Notes: a model not told the origin generated them from the sequence alone. DNA of 64,000 nucleotides from Heteronotia binoei (GCF_032191835.1 NC_083224.1:113150001-113214000); one strand, 5' to 3'. Counted from the stretch's first letter, positions 21,761-34,339 are shown. Program-made: numbers and translations.

Positions 21761-22199
21761 AAAAACTTTTGTTATACACATCGATTTCCAGTTTTAAACA
21801 AAACTGGGGAGCTTTGAGAAATTCATTTTAAAAATATTTATTGTCTGTCTATACTAGTAATTGTATTTCAGAAACGATTATGAAAAATGTATAGTGTGAT
21901 AGTCCAGCAATTTGAACTGATATACACAATAATACTTTAAAATGAATTTTGCAATGAACACTCGTTGTTACATCATGCTCCCTATCCCTGTTTGTTTTTT
22001 TTCCGGCAGGACGCCCCTACGCGAAACTGCTATGTGACAAGCAGACACTCAATAGCTGAACAAAAATTAAGCACCATTTATATTTACTACAAAGAAAAGC
22101 ATCACAGTACCAGAAACACACAAACCTACAAGTATATGCTTGATGTGTTGTTTTAAACAATACGGTGCTATAAACGGGGTGCTGTGCTTCATATGCAGT

Positions 22200-22800
22200 T
22201 CTTATTGTATCCGTCCGTCCGTCCGTCCCTTTCGGAAAAGCTCAGGCCTGCTGATTTGCGCTCAACCGTGCAGCTGTTAAAAGATTGATAATCTTATTAC
22301 TAATCTCGCTTCAAACCGTTTTGGGAATGCTTTCTGAATGGCTCAAACTGTTTCCATACCAACCCTGTCTTGCGTTGAAAGGGAAAAAATCGTTCCTTCC
22401 CACCGAGCACTTCGGGTTTCGCGTCAGTTACTATAGCTGCGCAGTCGCCGCTCTATAGCCAATCGTGCGCTTGACACCATCGAGTTACATTAGGCTAGAG
22501 GTCTCCCTCCTTTATAGTCCTTGTCAGCACTTCCGGTCTCGAATAGAACTCGCTTTCCATCAGATTTAGATTATGAAGTATTATAGGAATTCTACATAGA
22601 GATGTTAAAGGACAGCGTGATTCGCCCACAGAGAACCAAGGCCATGAGCAGTTTTCGGTTTTGGCTGGAAGACTAGGCTGAGTGTCTTCCCACATACTTG
22701 GGAGAAGAGGGAGGCTCAAGAGGTCCCCAAGGTGCAAGTCCCATGCTAACTGGCAGGACTTGAGGGATCAGCGCCGCCTCGAGCCCCGCTTCATTCTGCC
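22200..22800. promoter_or_regulatory. CpG-enriched probable bidirectional promoter for IFT25(-) and LRRC42(+)
   Basis: CpG-rich stretch between two head-to-head genes; CCAAT at 22459-22463; ETS-type CTTCCGG at 22530-22536. Transcription start sites were not resolved. Confidence 0.7.
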
Positions 22801-23375
22801 TTTTGTCTAACAGGTTGGTCCCTTCTTGCCTTTACGGAGACTCCAATCTTTTTTATTCAATGTACAGAATGAAGGAGTAGACGGAAGTGGTCTATTGTAA
22901 AGATTATACACTTAAGACTGCATATGTTATATTCTGGATACCCTCTCACCCGCATTAGAGAGACCTCAGATTTCCGCAAAAAATGTGTTAAGGAGACTTG
23001 TCCCTAAAGGGTTTGTTTGCTACAGTTAAAGCATTTTTTTAATAATAAAAAAAATCAGGACCTTTCCCACCCCGGATGAAATTTATGGTATAGAATGGCT
23101 CTCGGTGCTGTTAGTTATGGAGCCTACTCTGCTGCGTGGCTCTACGTTTGAATGTATTTGCTGTGTTAGATTACGGACATTTATCTTTCCAACCAGAATA
23201 TAAAAGGGGACATTCCCTCTTCACCTGTTTCAGGGAATTCAAATATATCATACTTTGTAATGAAAGATAATAATTGAGGAGTTGAAGAACAAGCCTAAGT
23301 ATCTGTTTTATATATTTTTGTAATGGCAATGACGTTTATTGAAGAGGCTTTCCAATGCTCCTCTTTAGTCTACAG

Positions 23376-23611
23376 CAGGGGTGGCCAAACTTGCCTAACA
23401 TAAGAGCCGCATAGAATAAATGTCAGATGTTTGAGAGCTGCAAGACAGGAGGGAGGGAGGGAAATAGATGGGGGAGGGAGAGGAGAAAAGAAAGCATTAA
23501 CTTTAAAAGCATTCTCCAAGCTGCTTGACAGGGCAGTGGGGGCTTTGAGAGCCACACAATATGTGTGAAAGAGCCACATGTGGCTCCCGAGCTGCATTTT
23601 GGCAACCCCTG
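23376..23611. mobile_element. hAT-type MITE (CAGGGGTGGCCAAAC TIR)
   Basis: TIRs caggggtggccaaa / tttggcaacccctg; degenerate TSD gtctacag/gtcaatag. Confidence 0.75.
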
Positions 23612-23806
23612 GTCAATAGGATGTCTCTTCATACCTTTTTGCATTTTTGTAGGATACATAAAGCCTGGAGCACCGAAAGCTGCAAACACTTTTGTATTTC
23701 CTAAATTACATCCCCATTTGATTTGTTTTGTGTTTTTGTATTGTTTTTTCTCCCACAGAAACCTTGAAAAATCTCATGCTGTCTCCATGCAGAAAACAAT
23801 TCAGAT

Positions 23807-24234
23807 ATGGAATCTGTGTATATCCAGGAAAATGGGCAGCTGTATAGATTAAATCAGGCTTCAGGTGGAGTAAACAACCATGCTTTGAAACCAAAGCCTT
23901 CAAGACTGTTTTCCAAAGGATTTTCTGTTGAGCTCTGTATGAACAGGGAAAATGATAATGGCAGGACAGATCACTTCATCTTCACTTACACAAAGGAGGG
24001 AAATCTTCGCTATTCTGCTAAATCTCTCTTCAGCCTAATCTTAAATTACATTGCAGACAACATTCATCATGTTGATTCACTGATTGGCTTTCCAGAGCAG
24101 ATTGGAGAAAAGCTTTTCTATGCTGCTGATGCAAGACAAAAGTTTACAGATCCAAGAACAGGACTCAGAGCTTTGCAAAAATTTACTGATGCTTATGGAA
24201 GTTTAGTACTTCAGATACTGTGTTTGAAAAATAG
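23807..24234 (+). CDS. LRRC42: LRRC42 first coding exon (acceptor at 23758/23759)
   Basis: ORF 23807..24238; donor AG|gtaggt. Confidence 0.92.
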
Positions 24235-25548
24235 GTAGGTACTCAAGCAAAAAACCCTCAAGGACTTGCAGAGGGCATCTTATTTTCCCCTCTCCTACTA
24301 TTTCATCTTTTCCTTCCCTGAAGTTAACCTAGCTTCTCTCCTTTGTTGTGCTTCCTTCCCTCTTTCCCACCCACTAGCCAACCCATTTTCCCCTCTGTCT
24401 TCAATTTTCCCTCCTTCTCTCCTCTGGCACACTCTCCCTGGAAAAACTGTGGCCAATTTGTGCAGTGCCATCCAGGGCCAGTTACATGGTGGGGAACTGG
24501 AAAGACATGTAGGTGGCACCTCACTCCTTCCCACACTATTTACTCTTTGCTCATACCCTCACCTTTCCTTTCCCCTCCCCTCTCATTCCACCCATCAAGC
24601 AACCAATCTTTTATCTGCCCCCCCCCATCTTCAGCTATATACTATTATTTATTTACTTCATTTATAATCCTTCCTTTCTTCATATCTCCTTGCTTCCATT
24701 TTATCTTCTTTCCTTTCTGTCAAGCAAGCAATGCTAGAGAGCCAGTGTTAAGAGCAGCGGACTCTAATCTGGAAAATTTGGTTTGTTTCCCTACACCTCC
24801 ACATGATTCCTGCCGGGTGACCTTGGGCCTGTCACAGTTCTCTCAGAACTCTCTCAGCCCCACCTACCTTGCAAGGTTGTGGGGAGAGAAAGGGAAAGTA
24901 TTTGTAAGCTGCTTTGGACTCCTTAAGGTAGAGAAAAGTGGGGTATAAAAGCCAACTCTTCATCATCATCCTCACAACAACCCTATAAGGCAGGTTAGGC
25001 TGAGAGTGTGTGACTGATTCATGGTCACCAAGTAAGTTCCATGGCAGAGTGGTGATTCTAACCTGGGTCCAGTATCCTAGTTTGAAACTGTAACCACTAT
25101 ATAACACTGGCTTTCATGGGGTGGCTGCTGTTGAACAGCAGCAAGCAGCCCGCCCTTGGTGAGTCATGCAAATCATATGTAGCAAGTCACTGCTGCTGGC
25201 AGGCCTGGACTATGAATCCTCCCTTAAATGCCAAAGCACCCCTGGAAAGGGCGCTACCCCCTCGCCATGTTTTGTATTACATAAACCAAGGCTTGAAGGC
25301 TGAAAATACTATTGTGGTTGCCTAGCAGTTCCCACAGCTACAGGTACAGTCTCTGTTATTTTAAGGAATTTTTTTTTCAGATTTTTCTGAAAACCTGGGG
25401 CTTTTCTCAGGTTTGTAGAAAGATCTGTTTCTCTGTTTATAGTCCCAGTCTCCAAATGTAAGTATCCAGAAATAGGATCACATTGAGATTTCTTGTTTCA
25501 TGTTGTACAAACTGTTCTCAAGTGAAGCTTGCCATACTTCATTACAGT

Positions 25549-25595
<47 letters not shown>

Positions 25596-28500
25596 AAAAT
25601 ATATATATATAAATATATATATATATAAATATATATATATATAAAAGCTCAGGCTGACCCAGGCTCATCAGATCTTGGAAACTAAGCAGGGTCAGCTGTG
25701 GCTCAGTGGTAGAGCATCTGCTTAGCATGCAGTAGGTCCCATACTCAGTCCCTGGCATCTCCTGCTTAAAAGATGAAGTAGGTGATGTGAAAGACCTTTG
25801 CTAGAAATCCTGGACAGCTACTGATAGTCTGAGTAAACAATACAGGCCTTGATGGACCAAGAGTCTGATTCAATATAAGGCAGCTTCATGTGTTAATTTG
25901 TCCCTGATTTCTATTGACCACCAAGGAAGTCCAGAGTCATGATGCAGAGGAAGGCAATAGCAAACCACCTCTGAAGTCTCTTCCCCTGAAAACCCTACGG
26001 AGTTGCCATAAGTTGTCTGTAACTTGACAACACTTTCCACCATTGCATTCCTTTGATTGCAAGTTCCTCAGGATTTTTCTCTCTTTTTTGCTTATGCTCC
26101 TTAATGCAGGTGCCATATTTTAAAAGAGTTTGCTCAGTTTTAGGACATGTTTTCATTATTAATGTACTCTTGGAACAGGCAGTTCATGTGATCTAGAATC
26201 TCTTTAGGATTGCAGTGTATCCTATAGCACTCTTCTCAGTTGTTCAGTATACTTACATGGCTAAGGTATCTTATCAGATAACAGCAGACATTCAAGGCTA
26301 TGTACCACCCTTTAAAAATCAAGGGTAGTTATTTCCAAGCAAATGAATTTAGAACTGAAGCACAAGTCAGACACCTTACAATTTTAAAAGAAATTTAGGA
26401 ACTGATCCCAACTTTCTTCTTGCACTATTTCATATTTCATCCAGATTTGTTTATCTTGGAAGATATGCAGGACATTGCTTAATTAACAAGAAAACATGGC
26501 TTAATTAACAAAGCACAGTTAATCATCTGAATGCATAACATTATACTATTGTTAGTTACTACCTGTTAAACTTATTTATTAGGTATTTTCACTCTGCTTT
26601 TATCTCAGTGGGAATTAAAAGCAGATTCCTTCATTTTCTCTTAACTCAGCTTTTCAAGTTTTTGATGAGGTCTGAAGTCTTTCACAACTGTGGTTTACCA
26701 GTGGGTCCCAACCTTTTTGGCACCAGGGAACGGTTTTGTGGGAGACAGTTTTTCCACAGACCGAGTGAGTGTGTCAGCACTGGGTTTTTTGCTGCTCCAG
26801 ACTGCCCCTCCACTCATGCGGCCCATCTCTGTCCCTCATGGGGGTCTTTAAATGGGGGGGAGACTGGGGCCGTTTCTGCCACCTCCCCACTAGGTGGCCA
26901 GGCAGCAAAAGTGGCCAATCTGCCTCCCCCTCCCATTTAAAGACCCCTGACAATCATTTGATCCCTGGGGGTCTATAAATGAGGGGTAGGAAGGTTGCAG
27001 CAGCACTTCTTCTTTTGCCCACCTGGGCCCCTGGCAGGCAGAAGGGGTGGTGGGGATGCTCTGCCTCGAAGCAAGACTGTGCTGCCTCTTTTGTCCACCT
27101 GGGTCCTGGGTGGGCGAAAGGGGTGGTGCAGTGCCTCTGTCTCGCTGCCAGTTGCTAACAGGCCACGGACCAGACCGGGGGGTTGGGGACCCCTGGTTTA
27201 GACAGTCCTTCCCCTTACCAAGACTATTTTTTCTGTATCTGGCTTTTCATCCATTACGTTACAGATTTGCACTACTGACTGTGCAAAAGAATAGAGCAAA
27301 ATCAGAAACAGAATCTTGAGCCAGGGCATAAACATCACATCCAGAGGAGTCCTCAAGACAGACTAAACTTCTTAGAATGTTTCCTGCCTATAACACTGAC
27401 AGCCATAGGAATGGAAGATAGTGAACAGGTTGTAGATTCTTACCTTTGTTTTTTGTACTCTTTTATAGATATCTGGTTATTTCTGAAAAACTTGAAGAAA
27501 TTAAATCTTTTCGGAATTTGACATGTTTGGATTTGTCATGTTGTAAACTTGGAGATGACCATGAGCTGCTAGAACATATTACCAAGGAGACGCTATCTAG
27601 GTACAAGTTCACTGTGGGAAAAATCAATACACTACTGTTTTGTTTCCTGGTGACTAAAAAGAACTGGGAGAGTTTGAAATTATTATTTTAGTATAGCCAG
27701 AGCTTCTTTTGCAGAAAAAGCTCAGAAGGAACTCATTTGAATATTAGGCCACACCCTGACATTACCATTGTTTTGCATTGGGCTTTTTTTGTAGAAAAAG
27801 CCCAGCAGGACCTCATTTGCATATTAGGCCACACCCCTGACACCAAGCTGGCTGGAACTGCATTCCTGTGCATTCCTGCCCCCCAAAAGTCATGAGTATA
27901 GCAAGTCTGGAAAAAAAACTTCAAAGCTCTCCTGTGTTGGCTTTACAAAGTTCCCTTTTCAGATTGACCCTTATTCTTAGAATTAATGTTGCAAGTTGGT
28001 GTTTATTTATTTATTTATTTATTACTTTACATTTATATCCCGCCCTCTCCGCAAGCGGACTCAGGGCGGCTTACAGTATCATAAAAACAATCGATTCCAT
28101 AAAACATATAAAACCATAATACATTTATCAGTTTAAAACTATTACGCTATCTCAATCCAGTGTCAAACGATATGCCTTATGCAAATATATGCTACAGAAA
28201 CCCAATGGCCATATTTGTTTTAATTGCCATTGCATAAGGGCAGGACTTTTTTTCTGGGGGAGCGCGGTGGAATGGAGTTCTGGAACATTTTTGTTGAAAC
28301 AAAATTCTCAAAAAATGTTTAAAAGTTTCTGAGGGATACCCATGTGTTTCTCCTTAATTTCCCTCTTGAGAGTTCTGGCACCTCTTTTTCCAGGAAAAAA
28401 CACCCGCATAAGGCATATGGAAAGGTCAGTATTTCACTTCGTTCTTGGCTTTAGAAGACATTCAGAAGCTAGGATTGCAACCTCCTGAAGAAAAAAATGT

Positions 28501-31500
28501 CCTGTCCCTTTTAACAGAGATTTAATAGGATTTAATAGATGTTATTTACTAGGTGGTCTTATTTACCTCCATGCAATGAAAAATTTAAGCTGTCCATTTC
28601 CACCCATCAAGTTTGTATTACAATCCTTTTCCTCAGGCCTGTTGGCAACCATATCATTAGCAGCAAGAAGCTCACTTGCTGCTTCTGCGTAACTCCAAAG
28701 TATAAAAGGAAAGACTGATCCAGTGTATCTCCTAAATCCACTGCATGTGTACATGGTGATGTGAAAGACAGTAATATTTGGGGTGTTTTGTGTTTGGATG
28801 TTTATATATTTATGCCTTTTTAAGACATAACCATGGTGCACTCTGCAAGAAGGGGAAGAAGCAGACTGGAGAACTGAAGTATTTTGGTTCTGAAGGTGTT
28901 GTAGGTGTGTTTTTTAAAAATCAAAAGTTGATATTTACAGCATTTCCTGCCTCTTTTCCTGATTGGAGTGTAACAATGACCTATGTCAAAAGAACAAAGT
29001 TTGAGTCCAGTGCCATCTTTAAGACCAACATAGTTTTATTCAAAGTATAAGCTTCTTGTGCATGCGAACTTCTTCAAATGTTAAATAACGTTATTGGACC
29101 TTTGCTTAGGATTAGCGGTTAATACAAGTGCAGAGATAATAGCCCAGTGTTCAATGTTAGGGATTGGCATGAACCTAACCCCCCCTGAACTGAGTCAAAA
29201 GGGCCCCACCCAAACCAACCTGACCTGGTGAGTTCAGTTCCTTCTTTCTCCTGGCTGCAGCTCACTGTGGCTGGGGGATGGGGGGTGGGGGTGAAATCAC
29301 CTAAGAAGGGTTAAATGGCTGGCTTGGAGGGGGGAACTGACAGGTTTAATGGCTGGCAGCGATTTTAACGTAACAGTGAGGATAGGTGTGCCTATCAGCT
29401 GTTAGGTTGAAATGGCTGTAGTTATTTCACCAGTCCATTTCAGTTCCCCCTGCTTCGAAGCTGGGGAGAAGTGAAACCAACCAATGAAATGGCTTGCAGC
29501 TATTTTAACCTAACAGCAGGCTATGTGTGTTTGGACCAGTGAAATGACTCACAGCCATTTAAACCTAATAGCTCACCTATGGACCCCATACTGCTCAGCT
29601 GTTAAGTTTAAATGGCCCTGAACAGCTGAACCAAACCAGACAAAAGCCCAGTAAACATTCAGGGAAGGCGCCTTTCCCAAACAATGGTTCAGGAGCTCCA
29701 AACTGGCCCAAGTTTATGCCAGATTTTGGCTCACGAGCTAGTTTGTACTCATCCCTATTCAATATACAGAACAGCATATTTTGTACTTTATACTGATGGC
29801 ATATGATTTTCACCAAATAAAAGATTTTTACTTTTTTATTATTTAGTAAGGAGTTTTTCATAATTATAAATCTACACTATGTCTCAGCTATGTATTTTCA
29901 CCTGGTATTCTGGCTTTTTTATGGTACCCCGGTTAGCCAGCATGGTGTAGTGGTTAGGAGTGGTGGGCTCTGATCTGGAGAACTGGGTTTGATTCCCCAC
30001 ATCTCCACGTGAAGCCACCTGGGTGACCTTGGGCCAGTCAGTTCCCTCAGAGCTCTCTCAGCTCCTCCTACCTCACAGGATGTCTGTTGTTGGGAGAGGA
30101 ATGGAAGGCAATTGTAAGCTGCACTGAGAATCCTTCAGGTAGTGAAGAGCAAGGTATAACAACCAACTCTTCTTATCAGACAACACAGATATAAAATTCT
30201 AAATTGTTATGATGCTTTTATCATACACGTTAGTGTCGGTAATAAAACATATACCACTTTCAGTCAGGTGAATTATAAAGTGCTGCTGTATATTTTACTG
30301 ATATTAATTTCCACCTTACTCTCATTTAAGCATTCTTAGAACTAGTGTATTTGGGTTTACTTTTGTATTACCAGGCTGCTTTCAAAACTGGAAATGGGGA
30401 GAGTGAAACGGTCTTAACAATTTACATGAAGATCTGGGTTATTTTGAAAACTGACTTTTGCATTTATCCTAGTCTAATTCAGCTTCTTCTGAAAGATAAT
30501 TGCTTATCAGATGCTGGTCTTCGCAAAATGACAGCACCTGTTCGAGTGATGAAACGGGGCCTTGAAAATCTTTCAGTATTAGATTTGTCTTGTGAGTATG
30601 ATTCAGATTAGAATGTATGCATTTGTCTCATAACCCAACATTAATCCTAGTCAATATCAGAAAAGATAATTAATCAAAACTTGATAGTACTGTCTTCCTG
30701 CTAGTAGAAAAAATGGGAGAATTATGACAAACCAATGTATTTGACTGAAATCTCACGTTGTCTGTTTAAGCTAAGAGGTCAGTCAAACGTTACATATTGT
30801 GCAACAGAACTAGGCCATGTTTTGTTGATCTGTATAGAAAGATATTATAATAGCCATTGCGTTTTTTAAAAGTCTTGATTTTTTAAGGCTGTAGTCCTGT
30901 GCACACTTACTGTATGCCTTTTTGAATATAGCAGAACTTACTTTCCAGTTAACAAGCAAGATAGGACTGTAAATGCAAACCTTATTATACATAATATGGA
31001 TCTTTATCTACCATGTAGTTTATGAGGCTGGACATACATGCATTGCCCTGATACTGCACAATCAGTATTTCAACCAAATGGTCATAACCCAAAGGTTCTT
31101 CATGAATTAAATTAAATCCAAGATTATATTTTAAAATTCAGAGAGTTGTGTTCTTCCATTGCCCTGGATGGGGAAAATTGCTTTTGATGAATCAGTCAAG
31201 GAGTCATGCTGGTTGGGGGAAACTCTTCTACTTTCCATTCCTCACTGCAGGCCCCCCCTACTTGTGATGTGTTTTGTTCAGGAAGTTTCTTCAGCCCTCA
31301 GAGTGGAATTTTGAAATAAACAGCACACTGCTGGGCGAAAGGGAAGTAGGGAAAGATCAGCTCCACCCATTTCTCCTGTGGTCTTTGCTGCTGATTCTAA
31401 CCATATCACTCAGCTTCCTCCCCAACATGATAGGACACATCTCATTCATTTTTCTCTGTTAACATGTTTTATAGTCTTCATATTGTCTTTGTTACAGCTT

Positions 31501-33245
31501 AATGTTTAATGTAATATTCTTGACTTGATGTAGGTAATTCAGGAATCACGAATAAAGGAGTTGGGTTCCTTCTTTCCTTCAAAAAGCTAAATTATTTGGA
31601 TCTTTCTGAAACTGGCATTGAGGTAAAAAAAACTTCTGTCCTACTAGACATGTAATATAACATTTGGAGAGGGAAACAAAATTCAATGAATAAACTCCTT
31701 ATTTATAGGAATTTCAAGGAAAAGAAGAAATATATTGTTTTTCTGCATGGTCAAATTCTGTTTGATCATGACTCTTACATTTTCTTTTTTCATTAGGACT
31801 TGATGGTAGCAATTCAGCGGATCCAGAATCAGATAGGTCTAGTTTATTCAGAAGTGCCTCTGAAAGAATTTGAACATAACTGCAAAACAGAGGGATGGGC
31901 AGAGCATGTATGTAAAAATTTACTCCATTAAAACCCATTTCTTGCATTTTTCCATGTGGTAAAAAGTACTGATTTTAAGTAAGGTGTTTGCATCTAAGGA
32001 GATTTTATAAATGTATCAGAAATTCAAGGGATAAAGGTGAATAATCCAGTAATAAATTTGTTTACATTCTTTAACAAAATGTTACATTTCATTAGAAGTA
32101 AGTAAAATAAGAATTATCACCAGAGAGACTTCCACTGTCAAATGGTTATGTCAGTACCTAAACTCAACTGTATATCAGTTTCAACTGCTGTGCTACAGCT
32201 GTTTATTTCTTTTGAGGATCTTGTTTGGCTGTGTAAAGTATAACTGTGATATATTAAAATATGGAACTTAAATCCAGTGTACTTTCACACTGGATATCTA
32301 ACAAGGAATAATGTCCTTAGCTGTTTTTCTTATTATCTTATTGATGACTGATTCTCTTTTTAGACAGTTTTGCAATGGCAGCACATTATCCAAGAAGGAA
32401 TTAAACCACAAAGAAGCTTGAAATCTAGAGCAGCAGCTCAGTATTTCTGTATGTACCTTTATAAGGATTTGTTTGAATGCCAAGGCCACTTTACTGATTT
32501 CTGAAGATGGGGATGTATATTGTTCACTGGTTTACCAGTCCTGTGAAACAGCCACTAACAATTAGAGAAAGGCTTCAGACTTTTTTGAGTGGAGTGACAG
32601 GATACAGACCACTGGAACTACACTTCAAAGAATCTACTTAGACTTAATTTTGAACAAATTATTTGATTCTCCCCTCCCCCACCAAGTTGAAGAGGCAGTC
32701 TGCTTTTGAAAATGAATAATAGCTTGAGGTCGCACTCCTCAGAACACTTTCTTGGCACTAAGCCTCATTGAACAGCATGGGACTTAGTTCAGGTTTGTGC
32801 CCTGTGTCCTTCACAGTAGTCTGGAAAACTGAAAGAAAGCCATGACTCTGCATGCAATTGGTTCCCCAGGTGCTCTGAAATAGCTTCATTAGATCTTGGT
32901 CTGAGATATGAAGCCCTTAATATTGTATATAGGACACAACAGGGCTGAAAACATATAGACAAGTTACAGTAATTCATGGCATCTTTTTTTGCAGATGGAA
33001 AAAGAGCCAGGACCGAAGAACCTTGTGAGTCCCCTCTAGGAGGACAGCATAGAAAGACTTGTGAGAATTTACAGTTTTACAAAACAGCAGAAGCATGCAG
33101 TTTGCCTTTAGTAAAAAAGAAGACTGAATGTAATGAAGAATTACAGAATAAAAGGACTCATTCAGCTGAACCCAAAGAGAAGAGCTTAAAAGCAAAGCAT
33201 CTGGGCCTCTTGATGGAAGACTGGGACTTATTAAATTCTTATTGA
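23807..33245 (+). CDS. LRRC42: Leucine-rich repeat protein 42, 404 aa from ATG 23807 (416 aa if the ancestral position 23771 is used): join(23807-24234,27469-27600,30473-30591,31534-31622,31797-31907,32364-32448,32995-33245)
   Basis: Seven GT-AG exons totalling 1215 nt in phase; FSKGFSVELCMNRE, DHFIFTYTKEGNLRYSAKSLFSL, KDNCLSDAGLRKMTAPVRVMKRGLENL and EDWDLLNSY* match LRRC42 as recalled; AATAAA at 33765-33770. Confidence 0.95.
24735..24965 (+). mobile_element. tRNA/CORE-type SINE
   Basis: Shared body (gggtgaccttgggc..gtcacagttctctcagaactctctcagcccc) with the copy at 29935-30175. Confidence 0.75.
24965..25115 (-). mobile_element. MIR-like CORE SINE fragment
   Basis: atcctcacaacaaccctataagg...gtaaccactat, the typical reverse-complement CORE-SINE pattern. 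Confidence 0.6.
25560..25643. repeat. (TA)n-rich microsatellite
   Basis: Direct inspection. Confidence 0.95.
25645..26042 (+). mobile_element. 5S-rRNA-headed Sauria-type SINE with a nested tRNA SINE (25690-25895)
   Basis: catcagatcttggaaactaagcagggtc (5S-like head), accaccaaggaagtcc, tail aaaccacctctgaa...gaaaaccctacggagttgccataag. Confidence 0.65.
26699..27195. mobile_element. hAT-type non-autonomous DNA transposon
   Basis: TIRs cagtgggtcccaacc / ggttggggacccctg. Confidence 0.7.
27469..27600 (+). CDS. LRRC42: LRRC42 coding exon 2
   Basis: YLVISEKLEEIKSFRNLTCLDLSCCKLGDDHELLEH; tag acceptor, gtacaa donor. Confidence 0.93.
27698..27894. mobile_element. hAT-type MITE, 8-bp TSD AGTATAGC
   Basis: Exact TSD at 27690-27697 and 27895-27902; internal duplicated ctcatttg(c/a)atattaggccacac; family of 10492-10955. 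Confidence 0.8.
28010..28140 (-). mobile_element. L2-type 3' terminal fragment
   Basis: atatcccgccctctcc...cagggcggcttaca with (TTTA)n tail. Confidence 0.65.
28241..28406. mobile_element. hAT-type MITE, TSD cataaggg/cataaggc
   Basis: TIR caggacttttttt / aaaaaacacccg; 7/8 TSD match. Confidence 0.65.
28980..29072 (-). mobile_element. Penelope-type terminal repeat fragment
   Basis: gagtccagtgccatctttaagaccaac...gtataagcttc; family of 3660-4053. Confidence 0.6.
29158..29757. mobile_element. hAT-type non-autonomous element (TAGGGATG-type TIR), TSD ttcaatgt/ttcaatat
   Basis: Termini tagggattggca / gtactcatcccta; 7/8 TSD match. Confidence 0.7.
29935..30175 (+). mobile_element. tRNA/CORE-type SINE
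   Basis: A-box tggtgtagtgg, B-box ggtttgattcc; family of 24735-24965. Confidence 0.78.
30473..30591 (+). CDS. LRRC42: LRRC42 coding exon 3
   Basis: [39 protein letters not shown]; gtgagt donor. Confidence 0.93.
31534..31622 (+). CDS. LRRC42: LRRC42 coding exon 4
   Basis: CNSGITNKGVGFLLSFKKLNYLDLSETGIE; gtaaaa donor. Confidence 0.9.
31797..31907 (+). CDS. LRRC42: LRRC42 coding exon 5
   Basis: DLMVAIQRIQNQIGLVYSEVPLKEFEHNCKTEGWAEH; gtatgt donor. Confidence 0.92.
32364..32448 (+). CDS. LRRC42: LRRC42 coding exon 6
   Basis: TVLQWQHIIQEGIKPQRSLKSRAAAQYF; gtatgt donor. Confidence 0.9.
32995..33245 (+). CDS. LRRC42: LRRC42 coding exon 7 (last)
   Basis: YGKRARTEEP...LQFYK...EDWDLLNSY*. Confidence 0.93.
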
Positions 33246-34339
33246 TTCTGATGGCAAAATTACAAGATCCAAATATTAAACCATTTTTAAAAACAAATGT
33301 ATAGGGCTGAGCTATCTATCCTAATAATATGACAAATTGTTTCTACCATTGGTGTAAAAGAACAAGATCCTCAGACAAGTGGTGAGTTCATTCCACTTTT
33401 GAAATGAGCCCTAATTTTTTCAATGAACAGTCACTTTTTGACTAATATGAAATAGGTTCCGTTCATGCTCTGAACATACTCTTATTTTAAAGGGCTAATT
33501 CACACAACTGTACATCACCAACTTACAGCTGAAACAAGGTTCTCTGTTGTGAAACAGTTCTTGAGGTATTAAATATGAAAGTCTTGATGCTTGTAATGGA
33601 ACATTCATGGCTATTTTTAGAGATTCAAGCAATCATTTGGTGCTTGTGTCAGCTATTGGTGAACCACTGTGTCTTAATTTGCCTTAATGAAGCCATAGTG
33701 GCAGAAAAGGACTGTTTGCTTAGCATGGTTTGCCTTGTTTTTGCTAACATTTCTAAGATACAGCAATAAAATTCTGGAACTGAGAAGCTACACTGGTATC
33801 ATTAATATATTTGTTGTGTGTTCCTGTAAATATGAGCATTTATAAAACATTTACCTATAATGTAATTGATTTCCTATAAACCACATTCAGATGTAACTAA
33901 ATAAGCTAGAATGGATTTATATTGGAACAGACTATCTTCTTCTGTTCATCTAGTAGTGTGAAGGTGAGCAAGTGGCATAAGTTTGGTGAAGAGAACCTGT
34001 GAATTTATTTCATAGCAATGTAAAGTACAGAGAAATACTCTTGCCCATGGGAGGGAAGATCTAATTTTCCTTAGTATTATATGTAGCTCCTACATAAATA
34101 AAAGGTTGATCAGGCTTCAAAAAATGAAGGGATATATCAAATATAAGATTTGAAGAATGAACACTTACTGCTAAATGTGATTTCTCTCACACACTTTTAA
34201 TGAGGTGCATACATGAAACAGGTAGTTTTCTAAGTCCATTTAAGTAAATGGGCTTAAAAAGGCATAACTGTTTAGGATTGCACTGCTAAAGGTCTGCAAA
34301 TGTTCGTTATTAGCTAATCTTAAAATATTTCTTTCTTTC

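Noticed and set aside
24266-24948. Cluster of long overlapping ORFs (up to 201 aa)
   Set aside because: Pyrimidine-rich low-complexity intron plus a SINE; biased composition explains the lack of stops.
32976-32994. ATG of ORF 32976..33245 as an independent gene start
   Set aside because: It lies in the polypyrimidine tract upstream of the LRRC42 last-exon acceptor at 32994/32995.
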